Assembly (NCBI GenBank): GCA_002245135.1
Contig: NGBS01000002.1
Location: 310,001-374,000 of the forward strand
Source: Proteromonas lacertae
Lineage: Eukaryota
DNA length: 64,000 nt
Direction of reading: 5' to 3'
Below are positions 13,531-26,400 of this stretch, piece by piece. Position 1 is the first letter of the stretch. Each line of letters starts with the position of its first letter. The notes beneath the pieces are model-generated. The model had not been told where the DNA came from, did no database searches, and saw nothing but the letters and a program-made list of their open reading frames with translations. Position numbers and translations under genes: made by a program.

Positions 13531-13546
13531 ATCAAGCCAAGTTTAT
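13531..13546 (+). promoter_or_regulatory. Recurrent promoter word ATCAAGCCAAGTTTAT (PIGO/TTC7 divergent promoter)
   Basis: An identical 16-mer occurs at 44675-44690, and a 13-mer reverse complement at 41283-41295. Confidence 0.6.
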
Positions 13547-13572
13547 TATACTTCTTAATTAATCTTCTTAGT

Positions 13573-16318
13573 ATGGAAGAATTGGTTGTATGAATCTGTT
13601 CTTGTTATTTTTAAATTAATAGAGAGAATATGAGGAGATAAGGAGAGTTAAAAAGTATGAAAACATGGGTGATAAATTACGAGACAGATATGCACAAATA
13701 GAATCAGAAACTGATTGGGATGATTCTTTTATGAGCAGAGAAGAGTCTTTAGCTTATGTTTTCTCTGTATTTTGAATAATTTTATTGCTTTTTTAGGTTT
13801 ATGCAGATTATGAATATTACAGAAGAAGAGATATTGATGTACTTCTTTGGGCAAGTAGTAAAGCACTTCAATATTGTCCTACTTTCTTTGTATTCTTGTT
13901 ATGGTTATATAAATAGGATTCAGTTTGTATATTAGCTAGATTCATATGCCATCCAATTAAAGCACCACTACGTACAACTGTAGAAAAAGAATTAAATTCT
14001 TTAAAAGAAAATTTCGCAAATGCAGTTAAAAAGGACAAACAAGAGAAACAAGGTAAAGATCATCTTGATGCACCACCAGAATCAGCAACAGATATACTGC
14101 GCAGAGTGATTGACACATTTTCAGCAGAATTAATTATGAATTATGTTAGAAGTCATACAGAAGACTTGTATATATATATATATATATAAATTATTATTAT
14201 TATAGTGATTATCGATTAATATTATACATATGTGGATCAATAGATTTAGCCTATATCTTCCAACAAGAAAGAAAAATAAAGAAATGCATAGAATATACAA
14301 AACTATCTTATGACTTATTACACGTTGCTTATTTAAGGAATTTATATGGTAAAAAGGATGAAGCAAATCCTAGTAATCCATTTATTAATATTTTACCCAA
14401 TGATATTGATTATAGGAAGTTATTTATTGAAATATATTTACAATTACCTAATAATTATACAATAAGTGGAGATTTTAAAAATGTATTTTATTATTATTAT
14501 TATTATTATTATAAAATAGGCTTTAACTACTTATAGAATCTGTATAATGTCATTATATCAGAAAACCGGAGTTTTATTAACCGAAACACTAGTCAACAAT
14601 CTCCTCAAAGATTTTGCATTCTTTTTAGTCCACATAATGAGTGATAGTAATTACATCAAAATAACATCAGAAGTAAATGATAATAATAAGAAATATATAC
14701 CCACATCATTAACAGAGGAAAGGTTATTAGTGTGTTTATTAGCTGAACATTGTTTTATTAAAAGATCACAAGTGGAAGATGATATTTATAACAACTTATC
14801 ATTAATCACAAATGGTTTAGAATCTACTCAAATTACTGTAAAACTGCTGGAGAAGTGTATATCTAGTTTAGATGTGGATTATAGTAATTATTGGATGTTA
14901 GGGTTATCTTTATATAATAAGAAACAATATGATAAATCATTAATTATACTATCAAAATGTATTAAATTCATGGAAGAGAATGAGATTAGAAGTGAAGTTG
15001 AGTATTATTGTCCAAGTTATTTACCTTCATTATTATGTTCTAATATTTATTTATATTATTATTTGAGAATAGATGAAGGAATAGAGTATTTTTATTATTA
15101 TAATTATTTATAGTTTATTATATAAAGAACTATCACATAATCGATATGATACTTCATCTTATTTCATTATACTTCGACATATTGGTGAAGCATTTATACT
15201 AAAGGCTCGAAACTCCAAGCTTTCTAGTGAAAGATATCAAACCTTACAAGATGCAATCTCAAATCTACAAGCAACTTATAGTAAATGTAAAGATCCACTA
15301 CATCAAGCTTCTTTGGCATATGATTTAGCTTTAGCACATGCTGAGTCACATAATGTATATAGTATTAATTATTATGTATAGCTTGAAAAAGCAATGACTG
15401 CAGTACAATCTGATTTATTTAAAAGTTCACAAAATAAATATCTTTGGGCTTTATATACCTTATTATTAACATCATATCGATCTTATAGAGATTCATTAGA
15501 GTTTATATTAACTGCTTTAGATTTCTTCCCAAATGATTTATTGTTATTATATATTAGAGCAAGTATTGAATATTCAATAAAACCAGCTAAAGGATATGCA
15601 TTATTCGTATATATATATATATATTATTTATTTATTTTTTTAGAATAATATATATAAGTTATTCCATCAAGAATTTGTTAAAGGTGTTGAATCTACAAGC
15701 CATAATGATAATGATATAAAGATCAGTTTAACCAATTATAAAAAGACTAATTTACCTTACAATACAAGACTCTATTTGCATTTCTTATTTAAATATATCC
15801 AACTACCAGAATCAATAGATAATGCAATAGATTTAATTAATGAAATAAAGAATCTAACATATGAATATCCTGAGTATTATTCAATAGCAGTGACTTTAGT
15901 ATATATATATATATATATATGTATAATAATTATTATTTATTAGAATGCAATTATTAGTGAAGCAATTGATATCAAACACAATGTTAAAGATTTATCAAGA
16001 TATGAGGAGATATATACAAACGCTTTGTGTATAGATGCTCCAAATACATTTGCTTCATTGAAATATGTTGAGTTTATGATTCGTAATAATCAAGTAATGG
16101 ATGAAAGTACAAGTGAAATATGTATCTCGAGATGTAATAGAGCTATAGTGATGAATGAATATTCACATGTTGCTTGGAGATTAATGAGTGATATTTATAA
16201 TATCAAAAAGGATTATGAAAATGCTACTAATGCTATGTTAAGAGCTTTAGATTATGAGAAAAACACTCCCATATTAAGTTATTCAATTTTACCAATCTCA
16301 TTAGAATTAACTGTTTAA
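13573..16318 (+). CDS. TTC7: TPR protein, TTC7/Ypp1-like (PI4KIIIa scaffold), many short introns
   Basis: LWALYTLLLTSYRSYRDSLEFILTALDFFPNDLLLLYIRA and C-terminal HVAWRLMSDIY...ALDYEKNTPILSYSILPISL match the TTC7 pattern. Exon boundaries were only partly traced. Confidence 0.7.
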
Positions 16319-16419
16319 AAATGATAATTAATAATTATTGTTTTTGTATAAGTATGTATTTAATGAAAACACAGAACAAAAATTAAGAAGAACAAAATAA
16401 ATAGGTGAAATTCTTAATA

Positions 16420-16979
16420 CTAGACTAAACTTGTTCCAAATCTATTGTTAAAGGATGTATACATTGGATTAAAATCATCTTGATGCTCTCTTTCTAACTG
16501 CTGCTTCTTTTGAATAATTCTTTGATTGTTATACTATAAATGCTTATAAAAAGTATTAATACTAACAAATTTTCTTGCTCAATTGTTTTATAATGTTGAC
16601 GCATATTCTGCTCCTTCTGACGAGCAACTTCATTTATCTGAGAAAAACTGTTCAAGTGTATTTTAATGAAATATATACTGTTGTTGCATTTTAAGTACAG
16701 CTATTCTCTCTTTGTGATTCTCTTGCTGACGAGCTTTATCACGAGCAATTTGAGATTCTTTTATATATTGAAGATTTCTTTCATGATTTATTTGAGGTTT
16801 TTGATATGCACTTAATATTCTTTGTGTTGCTTCTTGCCTTCTAGCTTGGAGTATTTGAATTCTCCTCTTCATTAAATAAATAATCCTAAATATACTGTCT
16901 CAGCATCAATTTCATTATTCATAGATTCTTCATGCATGCGTGATGGTTTTCTAGGAGACCTTTTTATTATGCTATTCAT
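16420..16979 (-). CDS. Hypothetical Q/R-rich coiled-coil protein (4 exons)
   Basis: Three ~29-31-nt GTAT...AG introns give a continuous frame from MNSIIKRSPRK to FNNRFGTSLV*. Confidence 0.7.
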
Positions 16980-17415
16980 TCTATTTAGAAATATCAACTG
17001 TGAAATTCAAATTTATTTTGAATAATCATTATGAAACGAATATATTTACTACATTAAAGTCTAAATCATTTAATTAACATATGAAATAATTCTATATGGA
17101 ATGTTGAAATGATAGGCAATGTAAAGTTAAGTAGAATAACCATAATTCGAAATACAAAAGCAATTTCAGGTTATATCATCCAATTCTCTATATTAATAGT
17201 ATTTTTATATAAAATGACAATATTTTATAGCCAAAGCCTCTCAAATGCTTATTCTTTAATGCTTATTATTCAATCTTTTATTCAGCATAATCAATTATAA
17301 AAATCATTTTCTTAACCTTATCTAAAAAGTAGTGCTAAATAAGATGAATTAAAATATGTCAGTTACAAAATTAAATTAAACCAAAAAAATCCCCATAACT
17401 ATTTTATTGTTCGTT

Positions 17416-20400
17416 ATGTATCAGAAGTTGGTGATAATATTTTATCTGATATACTTTTGTAGTGCTGATGCTATTACAAGACCATTTATATACACTGATA
17501 CTTTATCTACTGAAATGGCTGCTATAGTTGAATACTTTGGAGCTAAGAATAATAAACTTAGGTTTGAATCAAAACAGATTGATAATTCTGAAGATACAAT
17601 CAGTAAAGAGTTTTTGAAAATTAAGAATGACGGTTATGACACTGTTTTCGCATACATACCCGATGCCAACTTTACGATGATCAATCTATATGCAGCTAAG
17701 TATAACATTTATGTGTGGAATGCCATAATAATTCCTGATGACGCATGCTTTACTAACATCATATTTGGATATGATTTCCCTCTTACCAGTCTTAAAAGTA
17801 TATATATTTTATATTTTATATCATATAATAGTTATTTCTGAAAAAGTTGAGACCATGAAACATTTTGGTTATGCTTACGATTCTACCAAAATAAATAAAA
17901 ACTATATTGCTTATCTTAAAAAGACATTAGATTTTCTTAGAATAACCCCAGAAATAGAAACAGATACTCCATCTTCAGATACTTCAGCAAAGGAGATAAT
18001 AGACAGAATTGATATTGCCAATTTAGGTGGTAGTAATTTCATTTTATTCAACTATTACGATGATACTAAATTAATAAAAGCATGGTACGATAATTCAAAC
18101 AAAGATAAAATTACATTAGTCAATATGGAAACTCATGATAGAAAAACTAATCTAATTCCTGAAGCAGAAGGTTCAATGTTTCAACTTGCAAATGCTATTC
18201 TACCACAAGAATTCTTTGATGAAGTTAATAGTAAATTTGATCTTCCAAATAATAACAAAGTTGATAGCGATTTCAATGAAGAATCAATCATTTTGTTTCA
18301 GATGGGTAATTTGTATTATAAAATAGGAATGGAATATTTAGACAGTGATTTCAGTAGAGGTTATGAAATAGTAATAACAGCCTATGGTATTCCAGATATG
18401 ACTGATATAAATGGAACAAAAGTAACAATTGTCTCATCCAATAAACTACAACCTGTAACTCAATCAGGTTATTATATAAGTGATGGTAGTGGTAGTGTGA
18501 AGGTAGATACAGCGACTGATTATACTCCTTCTACAACTACTACTTATACATATGTTGATGGATTTCCAATTGAAAACATATGTGATGTACAAGATAATCT
18601 GATTAATCAAAAGACTGATAAATTATCGTATGTTATATTTATGACTTATAAATCACAAGTGTCTGATAATCCATTAGCAAAATATGAAAAGTATTTGATT
18701 GATGCATTAAATGCTGGTATAGAATATATTAATGAAAATGTATATATTTGTTATTATTATTTATATTGTATAGATGAATTTATTAGATAAAACACTATAT
18801 GCTATACATATCGACATTACCACCAGTGTAGAAAATGCATATAAAGAATTTAAAGAAAGATATACAGCATTTGAACCAATAGCAATATTCAGTTCAGCTG
18901 AATATGACTATAGAAATGCATTTCTTTCAAAGTTAATAAATGATCCAGTTGAATCTTCAAGTGGTGTTTCCAGTAGTAATATATTTTACATTCAAATCAT
19001 CCCTAGTAGTGGTAATGAATGTAAAAAGAATGTAATGTCTGGTATTAGTTTATATTCATGGTGGAAGTATGGTTTACAAATATTAGCTGAAGAATTACCA
19101 TTTAGGAAGTTATTTATAGCTTATGCTGAAAATGATGTATTCTCCAGTAACTCTGCTGTTGGTATTACCAATCTTACAACTGGTACAGGATCATTTACTA
19201 AAATTGTATCATTTTCAATGGAAGATGCTAATGTAGAACAAGCTCAGAATATATGTGGTAGTATATATAGTGAATGTCAACCAACATCAGGTTGTATTAT
19301 TGTGAATGTATTACCACGAGACTATCAAGAGATATTCTTTAAATATTATTATGATAAACGTTTAGATCCAACTATGTATCCAGTAGTTGCAATGACTTTA
19401 GATGAAGCAATAATCGAGAATTCAGGTCATCCAGAATATTATGATCAACAATATATTATTCAATATTATATTGATGATATAAATACTACTGTTGTTGATG
19501 AATTTAAAGGTTATTTATACAGAGTAAACACTTCTCAAATTCCAAATGTAACACCAGAAATGGGTTATGCATATACTGCTGTTAAGAATTTAGCAAATGT
19601 ATATATATTATTTATTTATTTATATATTTAAATAGATTATTGAATTAGCACAATCATTCTGAACTATCAAAGATATCAGCAATGATTAGATACTCCTCAG
19701 CTTTTGATGAAGTGGGTGGTAAAATAGAATGGAATGATCAAGGTTATATCAACTGTGATTTACATTTCGCAAAATATAATGCAACTGAAAAGAGATTTAT
19801 TACATTATCCTCATCACCATATATTGAACAAACTAATTCGTTCAATGATATATCCAAGAAATGCGATTGGTTTAATGGTGTACAAACTGCTACAGATTTA
19901 TATGACGTCATATTCTTATATGTAACTGATGATTATGTTGGTGATTATTTAAATGATTATAGTAAAAATGCTAATGTTATGATTGACTTTGTTAATAATG
20001 CTGGTGGTATAAATGATAAACTATTAAGAGTAACAATACAGATATTTAACAGTATTAAAGAATTAAAAGATTATGTTAGTTTACATGCAAAAGATGAAAA
20101 TATTTTAACATTTATTGGAACGACTTCAAATGATCAAAGAGATGCAATTCATGATATTCTTGTGGAAAATAATAAATTCTTATTTAGTATACATCCAAGT
20201 GAAGGTGAAAGGTGTTATAGTAATGTCATTCAAGTTGGAAGAGTTCCAAATCATTATGTTAACTCTCTTGCAAGTTTTGCGTGGAGAAAAAGTGAAGATA
20301 AAAAGGTTGTGCTTTTAGCTTATGATAATCCATTGCCTACAAGTATTGTCTATCATGTAAAAGTCTATTTTGATACATTCAGATTATTTAATAGTACATA

Positions 20401-23400
20401 TTTCATTTTAGGTGATAATTTGACTTTAGATCAATTTGTAGATAATATAACTGAGTTGTATGGTACTGATAAAGAAATTGTTATTGTAACTGCAATTGGA
20501 CAATATACTAATGAATTATTAGATAAATTAGATGGGACAAAATACTTCTTGTTTGTGTTAGATGGAAGAAAATTATTTATAAAGAGTGAACGTTGGATTG
20601 GTTCATACTTAATGTCATCGTATTTACCATCGAATACTAACTCAGCTAATACAATTTTCATTAAAACTTTTCAATCTGAATTTGGTACAAATATGCAGTT
20701 ATTGAATGAAAATGCACTCAATATCTATACATCCTTAATGTTCCTTAAGAATGCATATTCTCAAGCAACAGAATATGAATTTAATGAAATTAAAAGACAA
20801 TTAACTCAACTTACACTTAATTTACCAATTGGTGATAATATTGAGATAAATGCTAGAGATTATACAGTAACTAATTTCTATCATATATCAAAAATTGAAG
20901 ATGCAACTTTAGATATGAAAGAACAAGGTACAAATATTGTTGGAATGGTTGTATCACCATATTTACAATATGTATATATATTATTATTATTTATTTTATT
21001 ATAGAGATTTGATGAAAATCCAGGAACATGCGTATTACCTGGTTCTACAGCTACAAAATCAGAGACAATGTATATAATTATTAAACCAGAACAAGATATT
21101 GTCTTTATGATGATCAATGCGTATTGGTTTACATATTCAGTTGGTACTTCCAATGGATTTACAAAGATTTATTGTGGGGAATTTAATGCAACAGATTTAA
21201 CAGCATCTGATATGGTTATAACCTCATGTCCAACTGAAGAACAAGTTCAAATGACTAAAGATAATGAAAATCTATTAATAGTATCGGTTATTGATAAAGG
21301 GTATGGTGATTGTAATAATAAGATTGTTGATATTGGTACATTTCCTAGTCAGAGAATTATTCCATATGTTTCTTATATTGTTACATACTTTTCAAAGAAT
21401 GTTATGCTTATTTTACCAAATTCAACTACATACGAAGAAAAAACAGTATTAAATGAGACTATTATTCAAATGGGTGGTAGTATTAAGGATGTGTTAGTAG
21501 TTCCTGATGAAGATGATGTTAATAACACTAAAGTGTTATTTGATGATTTTGTATCATCTTATCAAGTTTCAATACCTGATGGTGGTGTATTTATTAATTA
21601 TTTAGAAAAACAATCCTCCTATGAAAGTCTATTTAAATCTTACTACCAAATTATGAAGAATGAATTTGATTCCATGGGTGATGCTGCAAAGAAATATACT
21701 ATATTTAGTTGGCATACTGCAAATCAAGTTTCATTAGATATTGATTTGATTGAAGGTCATTTCATGTATGCTAGTAGTTATGCAGATAGTGAAACTGCTC
21801 CAGATATATATGCAGTTGGTACAAATGTACTTGGACCATCCTATGTGTCTGAAAGTATTCAATCTAGAGTGTTATCTGCTTATGAATTTTTAAGACAAGC
21901 ATTTTATGTAACAGGCACATTTAAAGGAGATATAATGTGGGAACATATTTCCAATAATGAAGTCAGTAGTCCATTTGGTAATTTGAAAATGAATAAGAAT
22001 GATACTGGTATTACATTCCCAATGTATGTAGTTCAATCAACTAAAGAGGATGAAGTAAGTCATGTGAAAAGATATGCATTATTATCTAAAACATGGCCAG
22101 CTCAACAGTTTAGAAGAAGATTTAATGTATTTAATTATGCAATTTGTAACAAGTTCATTGGTAATGGTGAAATATCTGTTATTGATGCTATAAAGTTCTT
22201 AATTATATTACCATTATCAGGAAGATTATCATATTTTGTCAATGCATATGTTTCTGGTTATTTAGTAGCAATTGATTATATTAATGAATACTATGGAGGT
22301 ATTAAAGGTAGAATGCTTATACCAGTAATAGAGAATAGTGATTCAAATGCAGAAAATGTTAAATCATTGTTAAGAAAAGCCAAATCAGAACATAATACTA
22401 GATTAGTATTTGGTTTAGGTGAATCAAGTGTTAGAAAGAATGTACAGTCAGTATTAAAAGAAGAAGAATTATTATTATTCTATCCAGCAAGATATGAAGG
22501 TTTTGAATGTTTTAAGAATGTTATTTATATGAGTCCTCCATTTACTGAATATATAGCATCTATTATATTCTTCTATGCAAGATTAAGTTCTGATGTTTAT
22601 GTAATTTATTCTGATACAGTCAGAGATACTCAAAATGCGTATAATACTCAAGATGAACTTAGAAAAAGAGGAATTAGTGTAGTGAATATGCTTAGAATCC
22701 CGTTAGAGAATTACAAAATTGATATTATATTGAGTATTATCGTAAATGAAATGAAATCTGGTATTATTGCATCATTTTTAGATGGAAAAGCTTCTACAGA
22801 TATATTCACAGCTTTATATGATAGTGGATATGATTCAAGTACTTATGTGATTTATTCATTCAATATTCAAACAACTGATATTACAGATGAATCAATATAT
22901 CCATATTTAGATGGTCATTATTTTGTGGAAGGTTTAAATATTAAACTATTCCATACTAATGCTATTTCTGATTTAGATAAGTCAAGATATTCATATATTC
23001 AAGAAGAAGCTTCCATGCCATCAATATTATCTGTTATCTTTGCTACAAGAGCATTAAATGAAACTGAATTCACTAATGACACAGTTCCTTATTCGTTAGA
23101 CAGTGTGTTACATGCAATTCATCATGTCAATTTGAGTGATCTTATTGATAATGTTACTATTAATACGAATAACCAAATATCATTGTATTATGAAGTATCA
23201 AAGATTATATATAATCCAGAAGATGGTAGTTATGTGAAAGATAGAGTAGCTCATGTTAATAGAAACCATAATGTTAATCCATATTACAGTCAATATAGTT
23301 TAGAAGGTATTGTATATACATGTGATTGGTCATATAGTCATGATAATGTTACTAATACAACAGAAATACCAACAACTACTTTATATAATAGTGATGAAAT

Positions 23401-26400
23401 ATCCACTGACACTGAAGAAGATAGTGGAGATGATGAAACATTTAGTAGAGGAAAAATAAAACAAAAGACCATAAATATCGCTTTATTATATGAAATAACC
23501 AGTTTAGAAAATTCACAATACAATATTAGAGCACTAGATATCATGATTGGTGTAATAGACTCAATTAATCAAGAGAATTTATTCAATGAAACATATTTCA
23601 ATTACATTATATATGATGTATCAGATGAAACTAATTTGACCAATATAGCAAAAGCAATTGTAGCAGATAAGACGATCGTATTAGCAATGGGTTGTTATGA
23701 TGATAATTGTAGAACGACAGTCTCTGAGATATTCAACGATGATAATAATGAAAGAAAACTAAGTTTGTGGTTCCCAGGTCCATCATCAGGTGAAGAATGT
23801 AATAAATATACATTTTATACAGGTTTAGTACCATCTACCTATGTCAAACCATTATCATCATTCTTAGATCAAGTGAATAGTAATAATCTGATATATTTAA
23901 TAGGTGAAGATACTGACAATGATAGAGTGCTTCATAATATATTATTAAATGCATATGAAGGATTACATACATCAATGGGTGATAGTTATATTGAATCTGG
24001 TAGTAGTGGTTTGAGTTATGCAGTAGCGAATACAATAATAGCAAAGTGTCCAAGAGGATGTACTGTTATATCAACTTTAGATAGAACATCAACTATTGAT
24101 TTTGTTAATTATTTTGATACATTAATTACCACTTCCATGAAAGATTTATTCAATGTGATTATACTTGAATTAGATCAAGATATTGTTTCATCATTTAAGA
24201 TAAGTGGTAATGTTCACTATTATATAGGTGCATCTTATTTTGAATCTATTAATCCTACCTGTGCATTCATTGAAACAATCACAGAGAATTACGGTACAAT
24301 GACTTCTAATGAACTAGCTCATAACTCCTATTTATCATTAAGAATATGGACAAAAGCAGCATCTGTAGTTGGATATACAGACAGAGAAGCTTTAAGAAAA
24401 GAATTATATTCATTGACTTATGAAGGATGTCTTACTACTGTAATGATGTTTAGTAATAACCATTTATCACTACCTTATTACATAATGGAAGTTAATAAAG
24501 ATTTAACATTATCTGTTGCTTATAGTCAAACAAGAATACAAGAACCATTAGCTTGGAGTTGGGATTTAAAAGAATCTGATGGTAAGATTTGTGACTGGTC
24601 AGCTACTGGTGTTGGTGAGAAAGGAAGTGTCGAATTGTTTACAATTGCAGTTGCATTGTCAATCAGTGGTGCTTATAGAGATATTGATATGTATGTATTG
24701 AATATATTTGAGTTAATATTTGCTGATTTAAATAACAACAAGCAAGGATTATTAAGTAAAAGAGTAACTGTTCAAAGTTATGATATTGAATCTAATGATA
24801 ATATATGCGCTAATTTATTGAAAGAATATTTACATGATAAAGAAGATGGTAAAGGTGATGGAGTTATATTTACATCAGCATCCTCCTCATGTATTAGTAT
24901 GATTTCATCAGAGTTGATTGAAAAGGATATTCCAATGTTCATTATAGGTTATACAGGAGGTGAAGAATGCTATGATAATGTGTTTTATATTCAAAAAGAA
25001 CCAAGTTTTGTTGATAGATTAATTGATTTTATGATGGTTCCATCTGATCCAAAATCATTAACTTATTGTGTTATTGCTCCAGCTGATGCTATGGGACAAG
25101 GATATTATGATTATATTATTAAATATCTCAACTTTGTTGGTGCTGTAGTTGCTTATGGTGATAAAAATAGTAAAGTTGATAGTGATGATTTCTCAATTAC
25201 TGTTACAAATATGATTGATCAAGCTTCTGATGGATGTAATATTCTATTCTTAGGTAGTGTAGCAATGCATGTTACTTTAGATAAAGGCTTAACAGATGCT
25301 AAAGTAGATAGAAGTAAATTCCCTATTATTTCATTAACAACAGCATCAAATGCAGCAGTAAAAGGAGTTCATCCATTCTATTCAGCTCAGAATTATTTCA
25401 CTAATTTAGAAGGTGAATTAAATCAACAAATGAAAGATGATATATTATCTGTTACTACTTATGTGACTGAACCTATGTTTGTGTCTTATGTAATATCAAA
25501 GATGTATATAAATGCTGTAAATACTTTAAAGAAATCAAGTGCAGTTGATATAAGAGAGTATTTATATACAGCTACATTTGAAAGTGCAAGTGGTGAATTA
25601 ACTATTGGCTATAACAATTATATGAATCATTTCATATTCTTTGGTTTAATGAAAGAGAATGATCCTGAATATGGATTTGATATAGTGTTTAAATCATCTG
25701 ATATTCATAAAGCAAACACATGGAAGCATTTAATAACTAGTGGATTCTATAGATGTAATTTCCACGATACAGATGAAGGTAGTTCGTATATAGAACCATC
25801 TATTTCAATTGGTATTCTTACATCCTACAGTGGTGAGTATAGTACAACAGAAATATCAATAACCAGAGGTATAATGCTAGCAGTAAATCAATTGAACAAG
25901 AATGGTGGTATATTGAATAAGAAAATTGATATGGTAATTAGAGATGCTAAATCTGATATTAGTTTGTATGTAAAGTATGCTAAGGAATTAACAAGATTAG
26001 ATAATGTTGTATTAGTATTTGGTGGAAGTAGAGCTGTAATATATGAAGAATTAACACCCTTCTTTGAATCAAGTAGTAAATTATTCTTCTTCACTGGTAT
26101 TGCTACAACAGAGAATTGTCCAAAGTACAGTTTTAAAACGCAAATGACTGTTAGTCAAATGGTAAATGGTGTATGGAAGTATATATTACCGAATGTTGAT
26201 CATGTTTATATTGTTCAAGATTATTCAAAATTAAGTCAACAGTTTAGCAGAGGTTTAGATATATTATGTGAAAAGATACAATTAGAAACACACGTTTTGA
26301 ATCTTACATGGATTGTTGATCCATCTAATGAATTAGAAGAAATAAAGAAAGAATTCCCATTTGATACATTAGATAAAACAAGTGCGATTGTATTGACAGT

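Noticed and set aside
17109..17300. 63-aa ORF upstream of the GPCR, and ORFs 51778-52041 and 55337-55585
   Set aside because: AT-rich intergenic or antisense ORFs without motifs or splice support.
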